Positions 1 through 13,377 of a stretch of DNA of 64,000 nt are shown here, piece after piece. Under the pieces are notes generated by a model. That model saw only the letters and a program-made list of their open reading frames with translations. It did not search any database and was not told where the DNA came from. Position 1 is the first letter of the stretch; the number at the start of each line of letters is the position of its first letter. A program made the translations under genes and the position numbers. Location of the stretch: assembly GCF_001194135.2 (NCBI RefSeq), contig NC_068990.1, positions 1,281,728 through 1,345,727 of the forward strand. The letters run 5' to 3'. This stretch comes from Octopus bimaculoides (lineage: Eukaryota).

Positions 1-228
1 GGCACATAAAAGACACCATTTCGAGCGTGGCCGTTTTCGTGCGGGTGACACGTAAAAGCACCCACTACACTCTCTGAGTGGTTGGCGTTAGGAAGGGCAT
101 CCAGCTGTAGAAACTCTGCCAAATCAGATTGGAGCCTGGTGTTGCCATCCGGTTTCACCAGTCCTCAGTCAAATCGTCCAACCCATGCTAGCATGGAAAG
201 CGGACGTTAAACGATGATGATGATGATA
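1..228 (+). mobile_element. RTE-type retroposon 3' tail ending in (GAT)n
   Basis: ...GGTTGGCGTTAGGAAGGGCATCCAGC...GGACGTTAAAC(GAT)n; further copies at 7388-7546, 21600-21860, 43785-44335, 47505-47585, 51620-51995 (+) and 950-1080, 5995-6392 (-). Confidence 0.8.
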
Positions 229-656
229 CATTCTTTCTGTTGGGTTGGAACCCTGAACTGTCATATATAATGCAAATTCACATCACTCTTGGCTTCTGTG
301 CTACTCTCCCAGAAGAATCAAAAGACATAAAAAGAGAAAAACAACTGTTGTTTGAAAAATTTCTTTCAAAACACAAAAACATTAAAATAGCGAGACATAT
401 TAAGATGAAAGTTAAGACTAATAATGTGGAAAATTTGAATTAATATTGGATTAACTCAGAAATTTAGACAAGAATCATTCTTCTACTCTTGTATTTGTAA
501 AACTAATTTTTTTTATTCATGTTTGATCACAATATTCTAATTTTGCAGACTACTAAGCATTTTGCGAATGTGTGTGTGTGTGTGTTTATGTGGCATATTA
601 TGTGCATATGAAAGAAAATGAGAGAGATTGACAGATGCACACACACATACACGCAT

Positions 657-693
<37 letters not shown>

Positions 694-818
694 CATGCAG
701 ACATCCAGGTGTAGAAACCATGCCTAAGCAATGGAGCCTATACAGCTTTCTAGATCATCATCTCCTGTCAAACATTCTGACCCATGCTAGCATGGAAAAG
801 AGATGTTAAATGATGATG

Positions 819-938
<120 letters not shown>

Positions 939-1411
939 TGTATCATCATCATCATCATCATCATCATTTAACATCCGTTCTTCATGCTTGCATGGGTTGG
1001 ATGGTTTGACCAGAGCTAGCAAGCTGGGGTGCTGCACCAGACTCCAGTCTGATTTAGCATGGTTTCTATGGTAACCACTTTACAGAGTGTGCTGGATGCT
1101 TTTATGTGGCACCACCAGAGGGACCATTCTTAACACCGGTGTGGCAAAGTATGGGTCTTCTTGAGTACAGCAAATCACCAGACATCTTGGTTCTTTGTCA
1201 TCTCACCTGAATGGTTCAGCATCCCAAGGTCATTCTTCAGTACTTCATCACATGTCTTCTTGCATTTTCCCCCTTCCATGTGTTCCATCTACTTTGAGAG
1301 ATTGGCACTTCTTTATGGAGCTGTTGACATCCAACCACATCACATGTCCATACCAGTGCAGTCTTCTCTCTGGCACACAGCAACTAATTTCTCTTATGTA
1401 TGTATATACTC

Positions 1412-1444
<33 letters not shown>

Positions 1445-2033
1445 AGTGAATGTGCATGGCCCAGTGGTTAGGCACATTGCAATCATGATTGTGAAAGTGT
1501 GTGCTCAATTCCCAGATTGGCAAACTGGCTGCATGTCGTGGTTTTTGAGTGAAGCACTTCACTTCACATTGCTCCACTTCGCTAAGCTGTAAATGGATCA
1601 GCCTTGTGATCATGGTGAATGTTAGTCTGTGTGCCTAGCCAGTTGGGTCACTATATTTGAAAGATAAAATGATTGCAAAGTGCATTGTGACCAGCAATGT
1701 ATGATAATCTCCAATAGTCTGGTCAATCGTGTGTTCATATGATATAGATCTATAATATAAATTGAACATGGGCGACCGTTGTATTCTTTCTTGTCTTGAG
1801 GTTCATGGCCAAACGGCTGGGTGGATTCGTGTGAAAAATTGCGCACATGTTGAGACGGGTGCATAGATTGGAACGCGCTTTGTATTTTTTCCTAACCCCC
1901 ATAGTTACCGAGAAAATTGATTAAAACAACCTGCATGTGCGCGTCTTTGTGAGTGTGTGTCACTGAAGCCATTCATACATACATGCATACATACATACAT
2001 GCAAACATACATACATGCATACATACATACAAG

Positions 2034-2905
2034 AGCTACTTCCTGGAAAGTTCCAAAGAATTCCAGGAAAGTTCCAATGATGGGGAATTAGTTCCTCGAA
2101 AGTTCCAAGGAGGGGACGAATTACTTCCTGGAAAGTTCCAAGGAAGGTGATGAGGGGAAAAATTACTTCCTGGAAAGTTCCGAGGAGGGGAAATTACTTC
2201 ATGGATAGTTCCAAGGACGGGGATGAATTACTTCCTGGAAAGATCCGAGGAGGGGAGGAATTACTTCCTGGAAAATTCCAAGGTAAGGGAAGAGGGGGAG
2301 GAATTTATATCCTGGAAAGTTCCGAGGAGGGGAGGAATTACTTCCTGGAAAGTTCCGAGGAGGGAATTACTTTGATTTAGGTGGGGTTAACTCCTGAAAG
2401 GTCCCAGGAGGGGGTTACTTCGTGGAAAGTTCTGAGGAAGGGAAACTACTTGCTGGAAATTCCAAGGAAGGGGAGGAGGGGATGAATTACTTCCTGGAAA
2501 GATCAGAGGAGGGGAGGAATTACTTCCTGGAAAGTTCTGAGGAGGGCGAATTTTTCCTGGAAAGTTCCGAGGAGGGGTATTACTTCATGGAAAGTTCCAA
2601 GGAAGGGGAGGAGAGGAGGAATTACACCCTTGAAAGTTCCGAGGAGGGGGAATATCTCCTTGGAAAGTTTCGAGGAGGGGGGAATTACTTCCTGGAAAGT
2701 TCCAAGTTAGTGAAGGAGGGGGAATTACTGCCTAGAAAGTTCAGTGGAAGGGAGGAATTATTCCCTGGAAAGTTCCGAGGAGTGGGAGGAATTACTTCCT
2801 GGAATATTCCGAGGAGAAGGACGAATTACTTCCAGGAAAGTTCCGACAAGGGGGAGGAATTACTTCCTAGAAAGGTCTGTGGAAGGGTAAGAATTACTTC
2901 CATCT
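2034..2905 (+). repeat. ~30-bp minisatellite (GGAATTACTTCCTGGAAAGTTCCGAGGAGGG) inside the Helitron
   Basis: Roughly 25-30 degenerate head-to-tail units read directly. Confidence 0.9.
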
Positions 2906-2968
2906 TAATTTTGATGCACCCCTCATGCTGCTGTGGAATTTGGATGATCCAAGAATGTGTAATGGCAC

Positions 2969-3406
2969 GTGCATGATAATCAAAATTTATACTCCCGAGT
3001 TCTAGAGGCAACCATCCTTACTGGACCGGCTGCTGGTCAAGATGTTCTTATAACTGCAATGTCCCTCCTTCACTCCGATACAATCTACATGTTTAAGCGC
3101 CTTCAATTTCCTGTCAAACTCCCCTTTGCAATGGCAATAAATAAGGCACAGGGTCAATCATTGCAAATGGTTGGTTTAAATCTCACAGAGCAAGTGTTCT
3201 CCCACGGTCAACATTACGTTGTATGCTCCCGTGTTGGCAGGCCACAAGTCTATATATTTGTGCGTCAGAAGGGAAAACGAGAAACGTTGCCTACAACGAA
3301 GCGCTCCACTGAAAAGACGGCATTTCTTCACATCTTCCAAATCACCCCAGTCATCTGTCGTCTCAAAAGCTTCGTACTTGCCGTGCCAGCCAACGTAAGT
3401 CAATGA
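2969..3406 (+). pseudogene. Helitron PIF1-family helicase C-terminal remnant
   Basis: RLQFPVKLPFAMAINKAQGQSL (motif V) and VFSHGQHYVVCSRV (motif VI); N-terminus missing. Confidence 0.9.
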
Positions 3407-3446
3407 CACACAACTTCACTCATTCACTCTATCTCTCTTTCTCACC

Positions 3447-3481
<35 letters not shown>

Positions 3482-4651
3482 ACATGCACGTCCATTTCAT
3501 ATATCTTTCAATTTCTGCTCTCTGCAAATGAAATTTTTACAGATACAACTGCTTACAAAAATTGGGATTAATGTGTAATTTCTTTCTATGTTCATAATTA
3601 AATAAATGTTTTAATGATTATACAGACGTCCAATAGAATAGCTCTCAGAAACAGACTACGTGCAAATTCTTTCTTCACAACTCCTGAAGCCATTTTCTGA
3701 CAGGTGGGGTGGGGTGTGATGAAATCTTCAAACAGCTAGAGACTCCAATCAAAACAGGGGACCCAAAATGATAAGGTTGTGAAATGCTGTTATAGATTAT
3801 GCCTAACCAAAAACGATCACAGCCACATCATCCAAACAGGCCGGGTAAAACCAGGTTTAGCTGCTAGTATACATATATATATACATGCAGAGAAACATAC
3901 ATATGCATATGCATATGAATGTCTGTGTGTGCACATATGTACATATACACATACATACAGACACACACACACACACACATGATATATATATACATATATA
4001 TATGCATACATGTAATAATTTTAAATTTGGGAATACACTTGGTAGTATGCTGTTTAAAGCACATTTACTGTCTTTGGCTACCTGATGGCATCAACAGTAA
4101 GGATAAAAGTACCTCTGGATTTACTTCAGGCTTTCCTTCATGTCTGTCGAAATGAAATGTATTATAATCAAAATAAGCAGTACCAAGTTTATTGAGTGAG
4201 GTACATTTTGAATAGTCATTTGATGGGGTACATCTGCATTGAATGATGCACCAAATAATGTATCACAGTTAGTTGTACAGAATCTCACTCCTGAGAGACA
4301 GATGTAGAATGGATTGAAGCGATCCTAGTAATTAATAGAGAATCTCATCAATTCCATTTTCTCTTTCTCTCATGTTATGTATGTATGTATGTATGATAGA
4401 ACAACTACCAGGTTTAAGGAAAAAGAAATAAAATAAATACTGGAGGTTGATTCATTTGACTAAAAATTTTTCAAGGTGGTGCCCCAGCTTGGCCACAATC
4501 TAATGACTGAAACAAGTGACAGATAAAAGATAATTCATTTATGTCTTTGAAATTTAAACCTGTTTCATTCGGTTTTTGTTTATCATTTTACGCTTGCTTT
4601 ACTTTTTCAAGAAATCATATATTCTGTTCTTTCTCTCTTTGTTCCTTACAG

Positions 4652-4766
4652 AGAAGTTCCAGTAGAAGTTAGATGGTCTGCTACTGAACCTTTTGAAGTA
4701 CAATGTTCTGAAGATATATTGGCACCTGAGCAGTCACATGAAGTCACTATCATATTTAAACCAAAG
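4652..4766 (+). CDS. CFAP65: CFAP65-like exon 1 of window (EVPVEVRWSATEPFEVQCSEDILAPEQSHEVTIIFKPK)
   Basis: Polypyrimidine tract + CAG acceptor (AG 4650-4651), GTAAAT donor at 4767; open frame, 1 nt + 38 codons; W..PF...G/D.L.P.....V.F.P pattern of an ASH/PapD-like repeat, resembling CFAP65 from recall. Confidence 0.88.
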
Positions 4767-5757
4767 GTAAATGGCAATGAATTTTTATTCAAAACGATAT
4801 ATTTAAAGCAGTACTTTATGTTCAGTTTCTCCACTTAGTACCTTGGGCAAATGTCTTCTGCAGCTTGCACTTTTGTCAAATACACTGACTTATGTGCCAT
4901 GTATTCCTTTTCATAAAACTGTGCAACATGATTTTTGTCTTTGGGCAGAAACTGTTATTTCCCATTTGCTTGCCCCTAAAAAATATGAAAAATGGTTACT
5001 ATTTCCGTCAAACTTTGCTTCTGTTACATCTCTTCAAACCCCAAAGAATCCCTCTCAACACATGGCTATGATGTTCCCCCACTACTCCTGCTCATGATCA
5101 GAGATGCACATATCATCAGCCGCTAAGGGACATGTTCAAGTGGTTACAGTCAAGCAACTGACAAGCAAATCTGTGATTTTGAGCAGAATATTTGCTTTAA
5201 CGATATTTCTGCTTCAGCAACTCAGCACTGAATCAGTCTGAAATGTAATGGAAACTAGGTCGGTTTGAAAACATTGATGTCTGGGTAATGAAACAAAAGA
5301 ACCTGGAAGTCCAGATCACAAAACAAAGTTTGAAGGGAATAGTAATCATTTCTCTTGATTTTTAGATAGATGAAAACTAGGAAATAACACTTAACGACCA
5401 AAGACAAAAAAAAAAAAAAAAAATTTGTTACATAATTAATGTGCAAAGTTCATCAGGAGTCATGGTATCATTATCTTCATAGTTTTTCCTCCTATCAGAG
5501 ATTTCTTTAGAAGTTCATGCTTCATTCTCTCTTTTGTCACTTTCCCAAATGATGACTTCGCTATCTGTTAGATAACTCATAGTGTCACACATAGTGCTCA
5601 ATGACAATCTGCATCCATATTCCTGCTATTTTGTTGGTTAGCTGGATAAGGACATGATAGAGTCGCTTGATGGTCACATATTGCCTCCAGCTAGCAATTA
5701 AGTTCTTTCAAATATTCACACATGAAGTTTTATTTGGATTTATTGTTTATATTTTAG

Positions 5758-5842
5758 GCTGCAAGAAAATATGAAGGTGAACTTGTATGCAGATATGGAA
5801 CCGAACTGAAGAAATGGAAAATTTTAAAAGCAGTTGCTCAAG
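5758..5842 (+). CDS. CFAP65: CFAP65-like exon 2 (AARKYEGELVCRYGTELKKWKILKAVAQG)
   Basis: TTTTAG acceptor, GTAAGT donor at 5843; phase 0 start fits exon 1, ends phase 1. Confidence 0.9.
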
Positions 5843-5928
5843 GTAAGTACATATGGTTGCTTGTTTTCCTTTAACTCTCTATCTATTTATCTATCTGTCT
5901 CTCTCTCTGTCTCTGTCTCTCTCTCACA

Positions 5929-5994
<66 letters not shown>

Positions 5995-5998
<4 letters not shown>

Positions 5999-6392
5999 TC
6001 ATCATCATCATCATCGTTTAACGTCCGCTTTCCATGCTAGCATGGGTTGGACGATTTGACTGAGGACTGGTGAAACCGGATGGCAACACCAGGCTCCAGT
6101 CTGATTTGGCAGAGTTTCTACAGCTGGATGCCCTTCCTAACGCCAACCACTCAGAGAGTGTAGTGGGTGCTTTTACGTGTCACCCGCACGAAAACGGCCA
6201 CGCTCGAAATGGTTTCTTTTATGTGCCACCCACACAAGCCAGTCCAGGGGCACTGGCAACGATCTCGCTCGAAAATCCTACGGGAGCCAGTCAGGCGGTA
6301 CTGGCAACGGCCACGCTCAAAATGGTGCATCTCATGTGCCACCCGCACAAGAACCAGTCCAGGGGCACTGGCAACGATCTTACTTGGCACAC
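5995..6392 (-). mobile_element. RTE-type retroposon 3' tail, young copy
   Basis: Reverse complement matches 1-225 with 2 mismatches by eye. Confidence 0.85.
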
Positions 6393-6525
6393 ATATATAA
6401 TCAGATGAATTAATAACAGATAATGGATAATTGTCAGCTTATTACAGCTGTTTCTTACATATTTACCTTGCCTACCTAGGAAGCATGTCCCTGATATGTA
6501 TATTTGTTTTCTTTCATTGTCAAAG

Positions 6526-6674
6526 GAAAATATCCTCACTTGAAGATATCTGCTACTGGTTTGGGATTGTGTTATGAAGAATCTCCAGAAGGAACACAGG
6601 CAAACATTGATTTTGGAGTCATTCCCATTGGACAAACAGTGAAGAAATATATTACAGTAGAAAATCTGTCACAT
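6526..6674 (+). CDS. CFAP65: CFAP65-like exon 3 (GKYPHLKISATGLGLCYEESPEGTQANIDFGVIPIGQTVKKYITVENLSH)
   Basis: AAG acceptor after a pyrimidine tract, GTAAGT donor at 6675; phase fits exon 2; IDFG.IPIG....K.I.V.N.S is a typical ASH-domain start. Confidence 0.92.
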
Positions 6675-7309
6675 GTAAGTAAAGACAACAAAATATTAAA
6701 CGATAAACATCTAATTTCTGTGTGACACATAATTTTGTGTAAAGTTTTTGAGCTGATTGATTATATAAGAATTACCAGTTCATATCATGCCTATATTGTC
6801 TTCAAATTTTGGCACAAGGTCAGCAATTTCAGGGGAAGGGGTAAGTTGATTAAGAGGGTTACTGAAATTTCCTGGCTCTAAGGGTATTGCGAAAGGCCTG
6901 GTTGGAGGCCCAACTTTCCAAGTTCTACAGGGAGCATGCCCTTGCTTACCACCCACCTCAGTTTCTAGACATGAGCGGTCCTGAGACCAAGGCCTCTACT
7001 ACGATTTTTAAGAAATGTGGTGGAAAACTAGCTCAGGATGGCAGGGATGCTACTCCCTGAGACCCCTTTTGGAGTCCCCTACCTAAATCCAGCTGTATTT
7101 TATTTTGCCCAAGGCCAAAAAACTTTTCAGTACCCTCTTGTACATTGACCCAAATGATGGTCTGACCATCTGCCAAGTAAATGGGAAGCAGTAATTGATG
7201 TAGATGGTGAATATGGTCTGGAATAATCAAAAAAGCTGCAATAATTATGCACCAACCCAATATATATATATGTGTGCGTGTGTGTACATACACACACACA
7301 TACATATAT

Positions 7310-7387
<78 letters not shown>

Positions 7388-7389
<2 letters not shown>

Positions 7390-7546
7390 TCTCTGAGTGG
7401 TTGGCGTTAGGAAGGGCATCCAGCTGTAGAAACTCTGCCAAATCAGATTGGAGGCTGGCGTTGCCATCCGGTTTCACCAGTCCTCAGTTAAATCGTCCAA
7501 CCCATGCTAGCATGGCGGGCGGACGTTAAACGATGATGATGATGAT
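7388..7546 (+). mobile_element. RTE-type retroposon 3' tail, 5'-truncated, inserted in (TA)n
   Basis: About 7 mismatches to the 5995-6160 copy over ~150 bp. Confidence 0.85.
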
Positions 7547-8479
7547 ATATATATATATATACGTACATATATATACACACATATATATACATACATGCAT
7601 ATACACATACACATGCATAAAAACATGTGCACAAACGTTTATGTTGAGAAGTCAATTTAGAAGTAAAAACTAGGAAAAGCTCCACTGCATCAAGAAGAAT
7701 TGGCAAGAAGTATGGGAAGGAGCAGGAAACCCCCCCCCCCTAAAATGGGCATACAAAGTCAAGGAGTGTAAGAGATCTAGGTGTTTTGGACAGGTGTCCC
7801 TTGTCCGTATAAATGGAAGATAAGGGAAGAAAAAGTTATACAGAAAGAAAACACACTATAATTTCTTTATTCCTAGGAACATAGATGTAATATAAAAATA
7901 CGTCATTCTGAATTTGTGGGTTTAGAATTAAAAAAAAATAAAAAATAAAAAATTCTGCAATAAATAATTGAAAAGCCGATTGATCAAAGTACCAGAGTTA
8001 CATTGATTTTTCTGTGACTTAATTAGTTTCAGAACCGGGGTCTTTGCATAGCCTGATATTTCGTGTTAAATAAAAAAAAAGAATACAATAAATTTATTTA
8101 TTAAGGAGAAGTTTCCTTGAAGGATTCGATAAATTTAGTTATTTTGAGGTAGTGAAAAATCTCAGTGACGATGACTTGCACATTGATTTTTAATATGTTT
8201 CTGCAGATTTAAAGTCTAGAGGTGGCAGAATCGTCAGTGCACTGGACAAAATGCTTAGTGGCATTTCATGTGTCTTTACATTCTGAGTTCAAATTCTACT
8301 GAGGTCGACTTTGCCTTTTATCCTTTTGTAGTCAATAAAATAAGTACCAGTTCAGTGCTGGACTTGATGCAATTGACTAACTCCTCCCCAAAGAAATTTC
8401 AGGCCTTGCGCTTATTGTAGAAAGTATTATTGAAGGCAGTAAGCTGGCAGAATCACTAGTACACCATTAATTAGTACAA

Positions 8480-8712
8480 GGCGGCGAGCTGGCAGAAACG
8501 TTAGCACGCCAGGCGAAATGCTTAGCGGTATTTTGTCTGCCGCTACATTCTGAGTTCAAATTCTGCTGAGGTCAACTTTGCCTTTCATCCTTTCAGGGTC
8601 GATTAAATAAGTACCAGTTACGCACTGGGGTCGATATAATCGACTTAATCCATTTGCCTGTCCTTCTTTGTCCCCTCTGTGTGTAGCCCCTTGTGAGCAG
8701 TAAAGAAATAAG
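8480..8712 (+). mobile_element. SINE family A (GGCGGCGAGCTGGCAGAA...GAGTTCAAATT...AAGTACCAG)
   Basis: Box-B-like GAGTTCAAATTC; copies at 8220-8440, 23100-23330, 32900-33120, 44910-45120, 46635-46850, 58640-58870 (+) and 8840-9060, 34945-35150, 35830-36030, 42840-42930 (-). Confidence 0.8.
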
Positions 8713-10737
8713 AATCATTAGCCCATTTTATCCGTCTGTATGTTCTAAGTTCAAATTAAGTGAAGCCAGCTTAAGTATGCCTGTAAGTATTTTGCCTGAT
8801 GTGTTAATGATTCTGCCCATTCACCACCTTGGGGCAAGTATTATTAGTTTCAAATTTTGGCACAAGGCCAGCAATTTCAGGGAGGGGCTAAGACGATTAG
8901 ATCGACCCCGTCCCCCAGCATTCAACTGGTACTTATTTCATCAACCCCGAAAGAATGAAAGGCAAAGTCGACCGTGGCAACATTTGAACTTAGAACATAA
9001 AGTCAGAAGAAATGTTGCTAAGCATTTTTGCCTGGTGTGGTAATGATTCCACCAGCTTACCATTTTTGGGCAAAGTAATATTAACTGCAACAACAACAAC
9101 AACACACCTTTTTACAGGACCATGGCTCCATGATGAACTCAATTACAGAGGAGTCTATTAAAGGAACTTATAATTGTTTATATAACATGATATATTTAAA
9201 AAAATAAAAATCAATGTCATTTCTTTTTTTTCCTCGTTTTAATTGTATTAAAGTTATCAAATACATTTAAAATAATAATAACAAGTACCACCAGAGACAG
9301 ATACTGTAAAACTTATTGTTCTTAAAAAAATACAAAACAAAAATAAAGGAAAAAGAAATTCGTTAGCAGGAAAATGATTCAGTAAATTGAAAAAGATTTG
9401 AACTTTCACCTTTTCATGACTTGTTATAATGTTTTTATTTGTGAGAACTGAAGTATTTTGAATTGGCAGGCATGATGGTAATACACAGCTACACAAATTA
9501 ATTGGATGCAAAAACTGTTTCTAAAATAAATTATTTTGCATCACATGCAATCGCAATCATTCCATAAGTGCTTTTGAACAAAAGGTTAATTTCCCACTAA
9601 GTTTACACTTGCAAAGTGGTTTCAATGCCAGACTGGAAACATTCTGGTACATTCATGTGGTTAAAAGTACTAAAATTTAGGGCCTAAAGAGATTAGTAAA
9701 AACAAACACAGAAACAGCAAAACAATATCATGTGTAAATGAATGGGGAAGATATTAAGTTCCCAGATTAGTTATACTCTTTTACTCTTTTACTTGTTTCA
9801 GTCATTTGACTGTGGCCATGCTGGAGCACCGCCTTTAGTTGAGCAAATCGACCTGAGGACTTATTCTTTGTAAGCCTAGTACTTATTCTATCAGTCTCTT
9901 TTGCCAAATTGCTAAGTTACAGGGACCTAAACACACCAGCATCGGTTGTCAAGTGATGTTGTGGGGACAAGCACAGACACACAACCATACACACGCACAT
10001 ACATATACATATATACGACAGGCTTCTTTCAGTTTCCGTCTACCAAATCCACTCACAAGGCTTTGGTCGGCCCGAGGCTATAGTAGAAGACACTTGAGGA
10101 CCTTCTGCAATTTGCTCTTGATCTTGACAATGGCGTTAACACAGTAACCTTTGAGCTGCATTTTCATCTTGGGGAAGAGATGGAAGGAGGGAACTGACCA
10201 CTTCATACAACAGCCCATACTGTAATAGAAATAACTTAATCATTTCACACTATAACCAACACTGTAGATGCAGGAGGAAATGTAACATTTCATACTACAG
10301 CCAACACAACAAATTCCTCATTTCACACTACACATCCCACACTGTATGTAGCAGGAGGGAATTTACCACACAAAACTACAACACATACTTTGGTCAACAA
10401 GAGAGCCTCTATGTGGTTGCTTAACGTGCTAGAAATAATAGTCAAATTTCTCATATAACCATCTTTCACTTGTTCCAGTCATTAAACTGCTGCTATGCTG
10501 GTACATAAACATACCAACACTGGTTGTCAAACAGTGGTGCCAGACAACACAGACACAAAGGCATACATACACAGGTATATATATATATATATATATATAT
10601 ATNNNNNNNNNNNNNNNNNNNNNNNNNNNNNNNNNNNNNNNNNNNNNNNNNNNNNNNNNNNNNNNNNNNNNNNNNNNNNNNNNNNNNNNNNNNNNNNNNN
10701 NNNNNNNNNNNNNNNNNNNNNNNNNNNNNNNNNNNNN

Positions 10738-10777
<40 letters not shown>

Positions 10778-11538
10778 ACACACACACACACACACATTGT
10801 GAAACTCAACTGTCACTACATAAACCTGATGATTGTATAATGCATAAAAGTACTAGTTTATTTCCATATTGTAAAAATTGTAAATAGCAAAACATGAAAA
10901 TGAGACTAGATTCGAATTCCATTGATCAATATGTATATTTACACATACCACAGGGCTCTTTCGGTTTCCATCAACCAAATCCACTCACAAAGCTTTCATC
11001 AGCCGAAGGGTATAGTAGAAGACACTTGCCCAAGGTACCATGCTGTGGGACTGAACCCCAAATCATGTGACTGGGAAGCAAACTTCTTGCCACACTCCTA
11101 TGTCTTCATACTGTCTTAAAAGGGATCATATATAAAAGGGATCATATATAAGATTATACTGAATAATGTAGAATAAGTTACCTGAAAAAGAAAAAAGAAA
11201 AGGCAATTTGGCCGTGGTTGGAACGTCTTGGTTTGTGAGTTTGCTCAGTCTAGGCTGACATGAGCATCAGTAACAGCAGTAACAACAATTCTAAAAGGGT
11301 CTACTATTATCAAGTGGATAAGGCTAGAAATTTCTGCAGCTCTTTGGTTATGTGTCACCTTTTTTTAAACAATAGCATGTAAGGATGACAAGGAGATAAT
11401 ATTTCTTATTTAACCTGTCTAGAGCAGTAAGTTGAGCAGGAAGATAAGAGTGTTGTTAATAGGCATGTTGTTAATAATATACATGTGTGTGTGTGTTTGT
11501 TATATGCACATACATACTCACACACATGTATATACATA

Positions 11539-11590
<52 letters not shown>

Positions 11591-12134
11591 NNNNNNNNNN
11601 NNNNNNNNNNNNNNNNNNNNNNNNNNNNNNNNNNNNNNNNNNNNNNNNNNNNNNNNNNNNNNNNNNNNNNNNNNNNNNNNNNNNNNNNNNNNNNNNNNNN
11701 NNNNNNNNNNNNNNNNNNNNNNNNNNNNNNNNNNNNNNNNNNNNNNNNNNNNNNNNNNNNNNNNNNNNNNNNNNNNNNNNNNNNNNNNNNNNNNNNNNNN
11801 NNNNNNNNNNNNNNNNNNNNNNNNNNNNNNNNNNNNNNNNNNNNNNNNNNNNNNNNNNNNNNNNNNNNNNNNNNNNNNNNNNNNNNNNNNNNNNNNNNNN
11901 NNNNNNNNNNNNNNNNNNNNNNNNNNNNNNNNNNNNNNNNNNNNNNNNNNNNNNNNNNNNNNNNNNNNNNNNNNNNNNNNNNNNNNNNNNNNNNNNNNNN
12001 NNNNNNNNNNNNNNNNNNNNNNNNNNNNNNNNNNNNNNNNNNNNNNNNNNNNNNNNNNGATATATATATATATATATATATATATAGATAGATATATATA
12101 TATACATGTATATATAGATATATATATATACATG

Positions 12135-12187
<53 letters not shown>

Positions 12188-13377
12188 ATATGTTAGATAT
12201 ATTAGCACTCAGTCTTGTAAAGAAGCCTTACAGTTTAGCAATTCTGTTAATTCCACTTACGAGCAAAGGTTACTTTGGTCCAATAAAGAAAGCTTCAACC
12301 TAAAGGTTACACCACTCATTCATCATTCAACTGAGCTGTTCGGTTCATTCTAATAGCTTCCAGGCATTCACCTGTTCATCCACCCATACCTGTCTTTCCT
12401 CTACCTTTCCGAACTTACCTTCTTAATTTCATTTTCTTCACAATTTTAGACACTTTATTGTACCAAATGTTCTATTTGCCAAAAATGTTATGCTAAGTCC
12501 TGTCGTTACCCTATGGAGTTGCAAGTGATAGATTACTAGTTTAAAAGCAAACGAAAGGACTAATGTAACTCACTCTACATGCTAGAATTAGCAGACACAC
12601 TGCCTTTGAGTCACTTCCAGTCAAATTAAAAAGAAGTACATTTTGAATAATGTTATCTTAGATACACTATTTGTACACATTATTATGATGGGATGTTCAT
12701 GAGTGGAATGCTTTTATCACAGATCTGCTCTATCAATCCTGGTCTGTGGTTAAACAGCTGTAGCAACTGCTATGGTTTTAATGAGCCTATGAGAGTCCTG
12801 TATGATTCCTCAACATGCAAGAAATAGCAGTCAATTTCTTACAAAGCACCACTTTTTTTTTTTTAGAACAGAGGAAAGTGGTATTGGATAATGTAGTCTT
12901 ATATCAATTCAAGATAGTGAGACGGAATGGTCATGGCTGGAATGCCCTTGATCGTGGATTTGTTTGATCAGACTTGAATTGGAACTAAAGCAACATCAGT
13001 AGCAAGAGCAAGAGCAATAACTGATGCTACAACCTTAGCAAGCAAAATGTAGAGACCTTCACCATCAAATAAAGCAACAAAGCAACAACAACAATGACAA
13101 TAACAAAACCTAGTTCTCTTCTATCTGTATTTATACTCATACTTTCACATGCATGATCTTAAATGTATCTGACACAGTCAGTTCAGATGACAAGGGTTCC
13201 ATTTCATCTGAAAAAGAATTGATATTTAACCCTTATTTGAATATTAAGAGCTCTTTCACAGTTACTTGATAATGATGATAATAATAACGATAATAATAAT
13301 CCTTTCTGCTATAGGCACAAGGCCTAAAATTTGCAGGGTGGAGACTAGTTGATTACATTGACCCCCCCCCCCACACT

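Larger units (their letters stand above)
1749..3867 (+). mobile_element. Non-autonomous Helitron with both termini
   Basis: 5' A|TCTATAATATAAA at 1749; 3' imperfect hairpin CCGGGT-AAA-ACCAGG (3841-3855) then CTAG|T (3864-3868); internal minisatellite and helicase remnant. Confidence 0.75.

Noticed and set aside
2422-2976. 184-aa ORF with NYFLESSEEG repeats
   Set aside because: Reading through the Helitron minisatellite; unit lengths vary and shift frame.
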